From positions 1,037-65,036 of the forward strand of contig PQAE01000006.1 in NCBI GenBank assembly GCA_003104935.1: a stretch of DNA of 64,000 bases. The letters are read 5' to 3'. Below the pieces are notes generated by a model. That model was not told where the DNA came from, did not search any database, and saw only the letters and a program-made list of their open reading frames with translations. A program made the translations under genes and the position numbers. Below, one piece after another: positions 45,142 to 54,809 of the stretch (within the stretch, counting starts at the first letter, position 1; each line of letters starts with the position of its first letter). The stretch is from Parcubacteria group bacterium (lineage in GTDB: Bacteria; Patescibacteriota; Patescibacteriia; UBA1558; GWA2-36-10).

Positions 45142-45258
45142 TTATCCACAGGTCAATTTCCTATTTCACCACTTTTCCACACCACAATGGGATTCAAAGA
45201 CATTATACCCCACGGCAATGGTCTGTGTCAACAAATAACCCCCCGGCACTTATCCACA
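45142..45258. promoter_or_regulatory. three direct repeats TTATCCACA / TTTTCCACA / TTATCCACA upstream of mraZ (DnaA-box consensus; possibly MraZ operator)
   Basis: Perfect TTATCCACA at 45142-45150 and 45250-45258, TTTTCCACA at 45173-45181; on the mraZ strand they read TGTGGATAA. Confidence 0.35.
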
Positions 45259-45326
45259 ACTAAAAAACCGCCCCTGGCCAATGATCAAACCGGAAAGGCG
45301 GAATAAAAATCAATAATAGATGATAA

Positions 45327-45755
45327 TTATTTTATAATTTTATAACTCTGCCGACGCTTACTAATAGTAATGTCCGCCTTTTGATTATATTTTACTTTTA
45401 ATACTCTGAAATTTTTTTGTTTTTTTAGCTGAGTAAATATGGAAGCTATTTTTTTATCAATATTTGACGGTGAATAAAAAATACCGGCTACCGGAATTCG
45501 AAATTGCCAAGCTACGATATTAATCATGGTAGTAAAAACTTTTACCTGGGTCAGACTAGCACCATCAATAATCAGGCCTAAACCGCCGATAGCTTTCCAG
45601 TTTAGTTTGTATCTTTTGAGCAGGTGGTCCAGAAATTTTAAACTGTTATCCTCGCCGCGGGCAATTTCAAAATCCACCAAATATTTAGCCGTTCCTTTTT
45701 CCAGGATAAGCCAACAACCGTGATTATGATCCTTGATGTATAAGATGAGAAACAT
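45327..45755 (-). CDS. hypothetical protein (weak TsaB/YeaZ-like resemblance)
   Basis: 142 aa; IGGLGLIIDGASLT glycine-rich segment; no confident call. Confidence 0.35.
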   Translation of the reverse strand: MFLILYIKDHNHGCWLILEKGTAKYLVDFEIARGEDNSLKFLDHLLKRYKLNWKAIGGLGLIIDGASLTQVKVFTTMINIVAWQFRIPVAGIFYSPSNIDKKIASIFTQLKKQKNFRVLKVKYNQKADITISKRRQSYKIIK

Positions 45756-45773
45756 TAAAATAAAACCGTTCCT

Positions 45774-48700
45774 TTAAAATCCCAGTAGTTCTAACAGCCA
45801 ATTTTTCTTCGGTGCTGGTATGTTTTGACAAAGTCCCGTGGCGCTGATGCACTGCTGTCCGCTGGGACAACCGCAAAGACTACAGTTGTTGGAAAGGTTA
45901 CCGCTGGCATCGCAATATCTTGGTTTGACGCTACTGCAGGAATTAAGATTAGTGCGATCGCCGCATTGATTTACGACTTGATATACTTCCAAACCGTTCA
46001 GACCCCAAGAACAAGTGCCCGATGGCGTACAAATGCCGTCCATAGTAAAACGCAAATTCAGATAGCCGTCACTGACCATCACCGGCATCTGGTCCGAGCT
46101 GATGATGGGATAAGGAGCGGTGCCGGCGGTACTCTGCGCCGCTACCGTGCCAATCAGAACTCCACTCTCCTCTACTTTCATGGGCTGAGCAAAATTATTT
46201 GGATACTCGGTGTCTCCCCGATGCACGACAACCATATAGTTTCCATTGGCGGGAACTTTAATCTTAAAGGTCGGAGAATTTCTAGGATCGGTAGCGGACA
46301 AAGAGCTACCACGATTCATATAATCCTTGGTCATGACATCGCCCAAAGCACGCGTGCGACCACTGACACCATACATACTGGGCAAATCAAAACCATAACC
46401 TTGAACCTCACTATAAATGGAGTTGACGCTGTGTATTAGATTAGTCCAATCCCCACTACTCTGATTAGCGGCATCACTATTCATATTAAAATCAAATTTT
46501 TGTAACCAGCCAATGCCGCCGGGTGTTTGGGCGGTGGTGGTGAAGGAATTGTCAGCGGACCAAGCTATGTTTCCGCCGGCGTCAGCCGAACGGACCCGAT
46601 AATGATAAAAAGATGAGGCCGTCAAACCGCTGATGCTCTGGCTATGATTTAATACTAAAGACGGATCCAAGACAGTATTCTGGCCATAGCTGACGGTCAG
46701 GCCGTATTCTATTTGCGAGTTGGCCGCTTCGTTGGTATCCCAGATAATATCGGCACTATTTGTGGTTAAATTACTGGTCAGAACATTGGATATGACCGGG
46801 GCTATAATATCGATAGGTGCAGTGGCGGTAGTAAAAGTATAATCACCGGAAACAGCTTCATTGTTACTGGCATCTTTGGATCTAACCCGATAATGATAAG
46901 TGGTGTTGGCCTGTAAAGCAGACAAAGTTTGGCTATGGTTCAGTACAAAATTAGTGTCTAAAGTGGTGCTGAAGCCATAGCTGGCAGTCAAGCCGTATTC
47001 TATTATTGACGTGGCTGGTTCGTTGGTAGTCCAGCTGATAACAGCACTCTGCTGGCTGATAGATCCAGCCGAAACACCACTGATCTGCGGCGGGATAATA
47101 TCCCCGGCTCCCGGAGTAATAGTGAACGAAATCAAAGTATCGGCACTATTGATATTTCCAGCTACATCCTTACAACGCACATAATAACTATAAGTACCGG
47201 GGCTAAAACTAGCTACTGAGCGCGAACGGTGAATGTTTTTTCCGGTGATGGGCAAATAGTAAGGCATCAGCGGGTAGCTTTGTCCGGCACTTAAGCTATA
47301 TTTGCAAGTGGCGGCTTCATTGGTACTAAGGCCAAAACGCGTACTCGTGCCCGCCACTACCGAAGCCGCAGGAACAATACTGGAGATCTGCGGCGGCGTA
47401 GTATCAATTACAGCGGCGCCAGCATTGATGCTATATCGGATCAAAAAATTATTATCACCCGATGGGACTGTTACATTTGCCGTTTGATTACTGCCTCCCG
47501 GCAAAGGAGCGGGTTCGCCGCTCAGATCGTTGGCTGCCCAATAGACTTGATTACTGCTGGGCGGATATAAGTACAAATCATTATTATCTACTCTTTGCTC
47601 ATCAAAATATAAATTTTCTACCAAAGGTTTAGCGGCCGACTTTATCATATAGGACTCTGTGTTGGCCGGGGCGGTCCACTGCAATTGCCAGTTATTGCCT
47701 CCCAGACTCTGCTTCTGCGGAGTGATAAAACCGCCGCCTAATTTATTACGGTTAAGCCAAGTCCAGATAAAATCCTGTGCCGCGATGTCCGATCCTCTCT
47801 CATAGGGTTCATACTGCATCATCCGGCAAAACATACCCTGGCCAACTTCCAGAAAAATGGCGTTACCGGTTTGTTGATATGCCCAGCCATAGGCGGCCGG
47901 CAGATAGTCGGCGCGTTTAAATTCTTCCGTAACCGACGGAGAACTGGAGGTCACGGGATTGGGATATTGATAGGAGATACGGTAGGGAGTGCGCCAACCG
48001 TCAAAAGAGCCATTGCCGGGCACGCGACTATACTTAGTGATTTCCGTAGGCTCAAACTCGGTTTGCCCCAGGAGAAAATCAGACAATTCTTCTACGCGTC
48101 CCGGATCGGCGGCATCAGTACCGAGATCGCGCAAGACTCGGGCAGCCTCCCAAGTGCCAAAAGGCACAAAATATTGATGATAAAAACTATTGCCGCGGCC
48201 ATAAGGACAATCCATATGGCTCTGGGAATACAAAAATCCCCTGTCCATATTGCGGCCGTCATACTTAGTACCGTTACTACAGCCTCCGCCGTCGCGGCTA
48301 CTTATCAGTTGATCGGTCATAAACCTCAAATACTGCCATTCCCTGGGCAGGTTCAAATATTCGGCAAATAAGGCATGGTCACGATAAGAGTTAGGCCAGC
48401 CGCGCAGACCTCCAGATCCAAAACCATAAGTAGAAATTATTCTGTTGCGGGCGCCATATTCCCCATTTTCTCTAAGCGCTATATAATCTGCTATCTCCCG
48501 CGTGTCATTATAAAACTCATTTTCGCCGGTCAATAACCAGGCGACTAAGATTGACTGCCAGTGCGAATGATTACGATTAGATTCTAAGGTGTTGCCGCTG
48601 ATTCCCCCGCCGTTATACCCGCCAACATAATCACCCCAATTCCAAGCATTGGGATTGGAGTTTGGCCAAGTAGCGAGAAGATCGCAATCGTCACAACGCA

Positions 48701-50420
48701 CGGCCGCTTGGTCGGCTTTAAAACGGCTATCATGATAAGCCCGTAAAAACAAACCGCCCTTGCCGGTACGTAAATAATCGAGAAAATATGAAACAGATTT
48801 ATCCAATTGATTATTACCACCAGTCTTGCCCCAACTTCTGGCTCGCCAGACCACGTCCTTGTTTTCATTCGCTAGCAAGGAATCACGCAAAGGCCGACAG
48901 GTTACGGACTGGCCAAAAGCACTGTCGGTAGCGCTGATAAATTGACTAAACTCGGTTTCATCCACCAAATGCTTTGCCCCTAAGATTGAACCGGCTTCGT
49001 AATAATGATAATCTGTCGCCCGGCCAAATAAGGGATTGGCTAAAGCCAAAAAAGCACTGTTGTCCGAGGCTACCGGAACAGTATTATGAAAATCAATCAT
49101 TATTTGCCGGCTATCCCTGGCGCCCCAGGTAAAATAAATCGGCTGATAACTATTGTGCGGGGAAAATATCTGCAAATCCAGGTTGCCGTCTGGGCTAAAC
49201 TCAAAACCCCCTCCCCAAAACTCCGAAAGATGATTTTGGGCAATAGTGATAGCTCTGTTTTGACCAGTACTTTCGGACAAACGGGCCCAACCGAGAGACC
49301 ACTCTAAATCGCTCCCTAAACTATGAGAAACACTGGGGCCATTTTTTATTTCCATACCGGTCTGAGTCCCGACTGTAGGAGCGATAACATCCCCATAATC
49401 ACCGTCTATTTTATTTTTACTATAGGCCTGAAACAAATAAGCCGTGCCGGTACTGAGCGCTCCGCTAAAATTGCCGACATTGGTGGGAAATAAAAATTGC
49501 GGCGCGCCAGTCAGATTGGTCGGCAGACGCAGACCAAGGCTACGAAAGGCCTTTTTGCTAAGATCGGAACTGTTGGCATTGCGTAGCGCCAGGTCCATCT
49601 TAATTTGAGCGGAATTGCGGAAAAAATGCAGACGCAGAGTATAATACAAATTATGATTTAATCTATCAACAGAGGTCAGAGTACCTATGGCTTTGACTAT
49701 GGTATGCGCCGGACCGTCTTGTTCTACAGTCACCTGCGGAGCCGGATCGTAAATAGAAGAAAAAGTAGTACCATTATTGTCCAGGAGCCACAAACCGCCG
49801 CTATGCCCGGCGGTGATAAAAGACTGACCGTTGACTATGGCGCTGTCTATAACATTGAAATTGCTTTTTTTGATATCAAACTGAGCCACGCCGGTATTGA
49901 CAGCTATTTTACCGGCCGAAACCATAGCCATAGTATTGTTGGCCGGATTACCGTCATTATCAAAATTGCCACTTCCGTTGGTTAAGGCTATGTTTGTGAA
50001 GCTACCAGCCGCTACTGTAGCCTCAGTATCAACCGTTACCCATTGTAGATTTCCAGACTTGGGCCAACGGCGAGTTTCCTTAAACTGGCCTACGGTCACC
50101 CCGCTTAACCCCAGCTGACTGACATTAGTCACGGCATATTCATCTTTTAAGGGAATGCCAAAGGTAACAATCTGATTATTCCTATTAGTCCCAGTTACGC
50201 CCGAGGGCAATAGCTCTTCGACCGTAACCGGAACACTAAAAGACTGCACGGCGACCTTCTGCGGAATGGACAATAGCTTTAAAGTCTTATAGTTATTAAC
50301 TACTAATCCAGCTAAAATCAGGGCGGAAGAAACAAAAAGTAAGGCCAAAAAAATCCTTACTCTGATAGACAAAATAGTTTTAGTTGCGGAAGAATTCCTG
50401 GCCTTACGTTTCATAGACAA
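45774..50420 (-). CDS. giant extracellular protein (1548 aa) with three or more fibronectin-type-III repeats, a central polysaccharide-lyase/hydrolase-like region and a C-terminal Cys-rich module
   Basis: N-terminal TM/signal; three ~100-aa FN3-like repeats (PPQISxV...W.TNE.A.S.IEYG.T..YG....LD...VLNHSQ.LS.L.A...YHYRVRS.D..GN); C-terminal CGDRTNLNSCSSVKPRYCDASGNLSNNCSLCGCPSGQQC. Confidence 0.7.
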   Translation of the reverse strand: MSMKRKARNSSATKTILSIRVRIFLALLFVSSALILAGLVVNNYKTLKLLSIPQKVAVQSFSVPVTVEELLPSGVTGTNRNNQIVTFGIPLKDEYAVTNVSQLGLSGVTVGQFKETRRWPKSGNLQWVTVDTEATVAAGSFTNIALTNGSGNFDNDGNPANNTMAMVSAGKIAVNTGVAQFDIKKSNFNVIDSAIVNGQSFITAGHSGGLWLLDNNGTTFSSIYDPAPQVTVEQDGPAHTIVKAIGTLTSVDRLNHNLYYTLRLHFFRNSAQIKMDLALRNANSSDLSKKAFRSLGLRLPTNLTGAPQFLFPTNVGNFSGALSTGTAYLFQAYSKNKIDGDYGDVIAPTVGTQTGMEIKNGPSVSHSLGSDLEWSLGWARLSESTGQNRAITIAQNHLSEFWGGGFEFSPDGNLDLQIFSPHNSYQPIYFTWGARDSRQIMIDFHNTVPVASDNSAFLALANPLFGRATDYHYYEAGSILGAKHLVDETEFSQFISATDSAFGQSVTCRPLRDSLLANENKDVVWRARSWGKTGGNNQLDKSVSYFLDYLRTGKGGLFLRAYHDSRFKADQAAVRCDDCDLLATWPNSNPNAWNWGDYVGGYNGGGISGNTLESNRNHSHWQSILVAWLLTGENEFYNDTREIADYIALRENGEYGARNRIISTYGFGSGGLRGWPNSYRDHALFAEYLNLPREWQYLRFMTDQLISSRDGGGCSNGTKYDGRNMDRGFLYSQSHMDCPYGRGNSFYHQYFVPFGTWEAARVLRDLGTDAADPGRVEELSDFLLGQTEFEPTEITKYSRVPGNGSFDGWRTPYRISYQYPNPVTSSSPSVTEEFKRADYLPAAYGWAYQQTGNAIFLEVGQGMFCRMMQYEPYERGSDIAAQDFIWTWLNRNKLGGGFITPQKQSLGGNNWQLQWTAPANTESYMIKSAAKPLVENLYFDEQRVDNNDLYLYPPSSNQVYWAANDLSGEPAPLPGGSNQTANVTVPSGDNNFLIRYSINAGAAVIDTTPPQISSIVPAASVVAGTSTRFGLSTNEAATCKYSLSAGQSYPLMPYYLPITGKNIHRSRSVASFSPGTYSYYVRCKDVAGNINSADTLISFTITPGAGDIIPPQISGVSAGSISQQSAVISWTTNEPATSIIEYGLTASYGFSTTLDTNFVLNHSQTLSALQANTTYHYRVRSKDASNNEAVSGDYTFTTATAPIDIIAPVISNVLTSNLTTNSADIIWDTNEAANSQIEYGLTVSYGQNTVLDPSLVLNHSQSISGLTASSFYHYRVRSADAGGNIAWSADNSFTTTAQTPGGIGWLQKFDFNMNSDAANQSSGDWTNLIHSVNSIYSEVQGYGFDLPSMYGVSGRTRALGDVMTKDYMNRGSSLSATDPRNSPTFKIKVPANGNYMVVVHRGDTEYPNNFAQPMKVEESGVLIGTVAAQSTAGTAPYPIISSDQMPVMVSDGYLNLRFTMDGICTPSGTCSWGLNGLEVYQVVNQCGDRTNLNSCSSVKPRYCDASGNLSNNCSLCGCPSGQQCISATGLCQNIPAPKKNWLLELLGF

Positions 50421-50491
50421 AAATAAAAAAGTTTAGTAAGCAAAAATTGAGAAAACAATTTTCCCCTCCTATAATTTTGTTGTGCCCGGAA

Positions 50492-50875
50492 CTATTTTTT
50501 CTTCATCCGGAAAAATGCCCCAACCTGATAAAGCATAGCGATGTAGGCCAATACAATACCGATGTAATAAAATAGCCGATTAAACACACCGCCGAGAGCG
50601 GCGCTATGAGCCATAAACATCAAGAGTAGCACCAAAGAGGGAATAGCAATGCCGATGATCAGGGAAAGCGTAGCGACAAAAGCCGAGAGCTCGCTGTATT
50701 TGTTTGGTTTGCGGACGCCAAAACCAAAAGGGATATACAGAAAGGCGGTAGCTAGTAGCGGCGCCAAACCGTAATAAGCGCTCTTGTTATCCAGAAAACC
50801 ATAACTGCCAAACATGTAGGGGACAAATACTAAAAGGATTAGTATTGTCAAAACATTGTATTTACTAATAACCAT
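50492..50875 (-). CDS. small hypothetical membrane protein (4 TM)
   Basis: 127-aa hydrophobic ORF. Confidence 0.4.
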   Translation of the reverse strand: MVISKYNVLTILILLVFVPYMFGSYGFLDNKSAYYGLAPLLATAFLYIPFGFGVRKPNKYSELSAFVATLSLIIGIAIPSLVLLLMFMAHSAALGGVFNRLFYYIGIVLAYIAMLYQVGAFFRMKKK

Positions 50876-51007
50876 GTTTTGTTTTTTATTTTATTAATTT
50901 AAAAAATATTAAAAATTTCCAGTGGATTTTTCAGACTCTATTATACCATAAAAATGAATTTTAGGAAAACGAAAGCCCCCCACTTTCCGGATGGAAAATG
51001 AGAGGCT

Positions 51008-51355
51008 TTAGATTGGCCGCAGGCAGATACGGTACTGCAGACTGTCGGCGATCTGGTAGATGACGCTCACGAAGTGAGCCGCATAGCAACAGGAAAACCT
51101 TATTTTCCTAGTCGCAAAATAATCTTCCACCAGACTCAGGGCCTGCCAATCGCCGCAACACTGTGCGCACAGGACGCACTCCGGCGTCTGGCCATATATG
51201 GCGATGGAACCAACCGGATTTTGACCAAGTTCGGCTATGACCAGAGAGATCATCTGTTCGGCCAACTGCTGGCTAGCGGCGCTAAGTGTCGGTTCGCTGA
51301 TTACCACATGGATCGCCCCTAATTTCAAGAACACCGTTCTCCTAAAGTTTGACAC
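51008..51355 (-). CDS. Cys-rich hypothetical protein in a GC-rich patch (strand ambiguous)
   Basis: 115-aa minus ORF (CVLCAQCCGD, FSCCY) overlapping an 82-aa plus-strand ORF (51074..51322); local GC about 52%; neither ORF has a recognised domain. Confidence 0.3.
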   Translation of the reverse strand: MSNFRRTVFLKLGAIHVVISEPTLSAASQQLAEQMISLVIAELGQNPVGSIAIYGQTPECVLCAQCCGDWQALSLVEDYFATRKIRFSCCYAAHFVSVIYQIADSLQYRICLRPI

Positions 51356-51428
51356 TCCCCTGTTGCTTTGTCAAAAAAATCGCCCAGGCGAGCGATTGAT
51401 TAATGTTTTATGCAAAAAGGAAGCCGGG

Positions 51429-52037
51429 TTATTCCTTATAATGTTTGATATTAAAATCGTCGTAGGTATTTTGCCGGAGATCCTTGCTAATATTATCCAC
51501 CACGACAACTTTGTTGCCCGCCCAAATATCATAAATAAACTTATCGGTGATCTCTAAGCGGTAGAGATAATCACTGCGGGACATAAAAGTATAACGCAAT
51601 TCATCGGGTATTCCCTCGGCAATCTTTTTCAGATAGCGGTCAAATTGGCTCTTGGATACTTTACCCACGATCAGCACGTCGGTTGGTGCCTGGGTCTTGG
51701 TCAAGACGCCGGTAAAAATCAACAAATTCAGGCCGGGAATCCTGGACATATGGTGGGCGATTTTCATCTCCTCCAAGGCCAAGGCCTTAAAGACTAGATT
51801 TTTTATTTCCGGCAATAAATCAAATTTTTGGTTGCATAAATAATATTTTTTGCCGCCGTGATTTTCTGATTTGACAAAACCAAACTTTTCCAGATTGGCC
51901 AGCTCACGCCTGGCGGAGTTCAACTGCAAGCCTAATTTGCGGGTCAACTCCCGGACAAAGTATTTTTCCTGGCCGTGAATACAAAAAAACTTGAGAATTT
52001 TTGTTCTGGCCTTTGAACTAAAAATTTGTTCAAGCAT
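51429..52037 (-). CDS. winged-helix (ArsR/MarR-like) transcriptional regulator with C-terminal extension
   Basis: 202 aa; N-terminal wHTH KILKFFCIHGQEKYFVRELTRKLGLQLNSARRELANLEKFGFV. Confidence 0.55.
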   Translation of the reverse strand: MLEQIFSSKARTKILKFFCIHGQEKYFVRELTRKLGLQLNSARRELANLEKFGFVKSENHGGKKYYLCNQKFDLLPEIKNLVFKALALEEMKIAHHMSRIPGLNLLIFTGVLTKTQAPTDVLIVGKVSKSQFDRYLKKIAEGIPDELRYTFMSRSDYLYRLEITDKFIYDIWAGNKVVVVDNISKDLRQNTYDDFNIKHYKE

Positions 52038-52099
52038 AGAAGACGTTTATTTACTTGAGAAGCTAAATATAGTATAATATTATTTGATATAAATGTAAA

Positions 52100-54241
52100 A
52101 TGGCGGTTTTACAAAACCAGAAAATCTTCACTTACGACCCCGTCCATGCCCGAGAAATATCCGAGAATTATTTGAGCGAATACACGGAACGCGGGCAGCT
52201 TTTTATCGTCCTAGAAACTCCCCAACATAATAAAATAAACCAACAGCCGCTGATTGACGAATTTATCCAAAAAACGGCTAATTATTTTGATATTCTCAAA
52301 GAGGAAAATCCGGAAAAACTCCTGGAACAAATACTCCAAAAAATAAACCAATTTCTGCCGCTGATGGCGGCGGAGAGCAAAATCCGCAACTGGCTCTCCG
52401 GTCTGGCCATTTCCGTGGGCATAATCCACGAAGATTGGATCTATCTGTCCTGCCTGGGCAATATCAATGCCATCAATTTCCACCACAACCAGATTGTGAC
52501 TCTGACGCAAAAAGGCCAACCAATCAGTCCGACTAAAATATTTGCCGATCTTTCCAGCGGACAAATGAGCGAAGGCGACGCCCTGATCGTCGCCACCGAT
52601 TCCCTGTTCGACTATATCTCACTGGAAAAAATCCGACAGATTATCAAGCAATATACGGCTGAAGCCGCGGTACGCAAAATCAACAGCCTGCTGGAAGGAG
52701 TGCCCGATTTCGTTACTTTTAATGCTTTACTCATAAAAAAACCCGGCCTCGCCGATATGGAACTGGCAGTAGCTAAAACCAACAACGAGGACGAAGCCGA
52801 GTCAGACACGGAGTTGCCCAGCCAGGGCACTATCTTTGCGCCCGATAATACCCCCAAAAACTTTCGCGCCCGCACGCCGCAGCTTAAATCCAAGCTGGTC
52901 GTGGATCCGCGCGGTTTTAATAATTTCAGTTTTTTTAGAAAAGTGGGGCGGATTTTAGCAGCCATCGGTTTATTTTTTAAATTAGTTTACGTTTCGGTGG
53001 CGGCCCTAGTCCGGGCCGTAAAAAAGGCGGCGTTATTTATCTTTTCCAAAAATTACCGTCGCCGGCAGGAAAACCGCAGCTTAGAAAATATCAGTCGCTT
53101 GGGAGAGCAGAAGATAAATTGGTGGCAACAGCTCAGCCTGCTAAAAAAAATATCTTTGCTGACACTTTTGGTAATCGCTCTGATTTTTTTGCAAAGTTTA
53201 GTTTTTTCTACTCAGAACAAAGCTGAGCAAAACAAAGATCAATCCTATGACCAGCTGATAGTCGATGTTAATCGTCTGATGGGTGAAGAAAAAAACGCCC
53301 AGGAAATACTGAAGGATGAAATCGCGGCCGAAAAAATATTGGTTGAAATCCAGGATAAGCTCAATCGGGCTACTCCCCGGTCAGCCCAACAGCAACAGGA
53401 AATCAGCGCCTACCAGGAAAAAATATCGCACGAATTAAACCAAGTCCGCCATATCCACGAAGTGCCCGCCGTGGCTCTGTCAGAAATAGCCGATTTAAGC
53501 ACTAAATTAGTATCCGCCGAGCAAATCGTCCAAAAAAACGGTGTTTTTTATATCCTAGATTTAAATCTGCTCTACCAGTGGAGCCCACCAAATAATTTTG
53601 AACAGATCGCGACTTTTGAAAATAGCCGTCTGCTTAGTGACTGGCCAAATAAAAATAAACTGCTGGTCGGCAATGATAAACAATTCTACATTTTTGACCT
53701 GGACAGCCACCAGCTCAACCAAAATCCGATCAACAAAGTCGCGGCGAATAATGATATCAAAGACATCTCCGTCTACGGCGACAATCTCTATGTCCTAGAT
53801 ACGCAGGCCGGACAAATTTTCAAATACCCCCAGAGCGGCGATAGCTTTGGTAGCGGCCAGGCCTGGCTGAAAACAAAACAAGACCTGAGTCAAGCCAGCA
53901 GTATTGCCATAGACGGTAATCTCTATATCGTGGACAATCAGGGAAATATCAAGAAATACCTCAAAGGTGATCTGCAGGAATTTGACTACCACCAACCCCG
54001 ACCAATAATCGGACCCGGAGCGATCATCAAGACGTTCAGGGATTCACAGTATCTCTATATTGTTGATCCTTACAATAAGAGGGTAATTATACTGGATAAA
54101 AACGGCCAGATCAAAGAACAATGGACTTCGGCCAGCTTTGATAAATTAACCGACCTGGCTGTAGATCTGGGTGAAAAAGTAATCTACCTCCTCAACGGCA
54201 ATCACCTCTATCTCCTACCCGTCAACCAAACGACTAACTAG
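52100..54241 (+). CDS. membrane-spanning PP2C/SpoIIE-like phosphatase fused to an extracellular NHL-repeat beta-propeller
   Basis: 713 aa; N-terminal PPM-like region (GLAISVGIIHEDWIYLSCLGNINAI...GDALIVATDSLFD), central TM (ISLLTLLVIALIFLQSLVF), C-terminal repeats (NLYVLDTQAGQIFKY, GNLYIVDNQGNIKKY, YLYIVDPYNKRVIILDKNGQ). Confidence 0.55.
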   Translation: MAVLQNQKIFTYDPVHAREISENYLSEYTERGQLFIVLETPQHNKINQQPLIDEFIQKTANYFDILKEENPEKLLEQILQKINQFLPLMAAESKIRNWLSGLAISVGIIHEDWIYLSCLGNINAINFHHNQIVTLTQKGQPISPTKIFADLSSGQMSEGDALIVATDSLFDYISLEKIRQIIKQYTAEAAVRKINSLLEGVPDFVTFNALLIKKPGLADMELAVAKTNNEDEAESDTELPSQGTIFAPDNTPKNFRARTPQLKSKLVVDPRGFNNFSFFRKVGRILAAIGLFFKLVYVSVAALVRAVKKAALFIFSKNYRRRQENRSLENISRLGEQKINWWQQLSLLKKISLLTLLVIALIFLQSLVFSTQNKAEQNKDQSYDQLIVDVNRLMGEEKNAQEILKDEIAAEKILVEIQDKLNRATPRSAQQQQEISAYQEKISHELNQVRHIHEVPAVALSEIADLSTKLVSAEQIVQKNGVFYILDLNLLYQWSPPNNFEQIATFENSRLLSDWPNKNKLLVGNDKQFYIFDLDSHQLNQNPINKVAANNDIKDISVYGDNLYVLDTQAGQIFKYPQSGDSFGSGQAWLKTKQDLSQASSIAIDGNLYIVDNQGNIKKYLKGDLQEFDYHQPRPIIGPGAIIKTFRDSQYLYIVDPYNKRVIILDKNGQIKEQWTSASFDKLTDLAVDLGEKVIYLLNGNHLYLLPVNQTTN

Positions 54242-54322
54242 ATTTTGCTAAAAAAAATACCCCCTCGGTCGCTTTTGCGACACCTTCCCTAGTTTTATGG
54301 AAGAAAGAGAGGGTGTATTTTT

Positions 54323-54730
54323 TTATTTCAAAGTGACAGTAGCGCCGGCCTCGGTCAATTTCTTTTTGATAGTTTCGGCTTCATCTTTAGTAGCTCCTTC
54401 TTTGACCATCACCGGGGCACCATCGGCCATATCCTTAGCTTCCTTCAGACCCAGTTGGGTAACTTCGCGGATGGCTTTGATCACATTGATCTTGGTAGCA
54501 CCGGCAGTAGTCAACTCCACATTGAAGCTGGTTTTTTCCTCGGCGGCTTCAGTCGGAGCACCGGCCGCGGGCGCCATAGCCATGGCCATCGGGGCGGCGG
54601 CGCTGACGCCAAACTTGTCTTCCAATAGGGAGACGAGCTCGGAAAGATCTAGCACAGACATCTGCTCTATCTCTTCCACGATTTTCTTGAATTTGGCGGG
54701 CACTTCTACATTCTTTTTCTCTTCAGACAT
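54323..54730 (-). CDS. rplL: ribosomal protein L7/L12
   Basis: 135 aa; Ala-rich hinge and conserved C-terminal domain ([40 protein letters not shown]). Confidence 0.9.
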   Translation of the reverse strand: MSEEKKNVEVPAKFKKIVEEIEQMSVLDLSELVSLLEDKFGVSAAAPMAMAMAPAAGAPTEAAEEKTSFNVELTTAGATKINVIKAIREVTQLGLKEAKDMADGAPVMVKEGATKDEAETIKKKLTEAGATVTLK

Positions 54731-54809
54731 AATATTTATTTATTAATTATTGATTAATTAAATTTTATTGATTAATTTCGCCCAAAGGGCGATTTGCCTT
54801 TGGCGGAAA

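Noticed and set aside
51074-51322. 82-aa + strand ORF versus 115-aa minus-strand ORF at the GC-rich patch
   Set aside because: Not resolved. The longer minus-strand ORF was reported with low confidence. Neither has a clear RBS or domain, and the patch may even be non-coding.
54297-54746. 149-aa + strand ORF antisense to rplL
   Set aside because: Ala-rich mirror image of the L7/L12 hinge. rplL is unambiguous.
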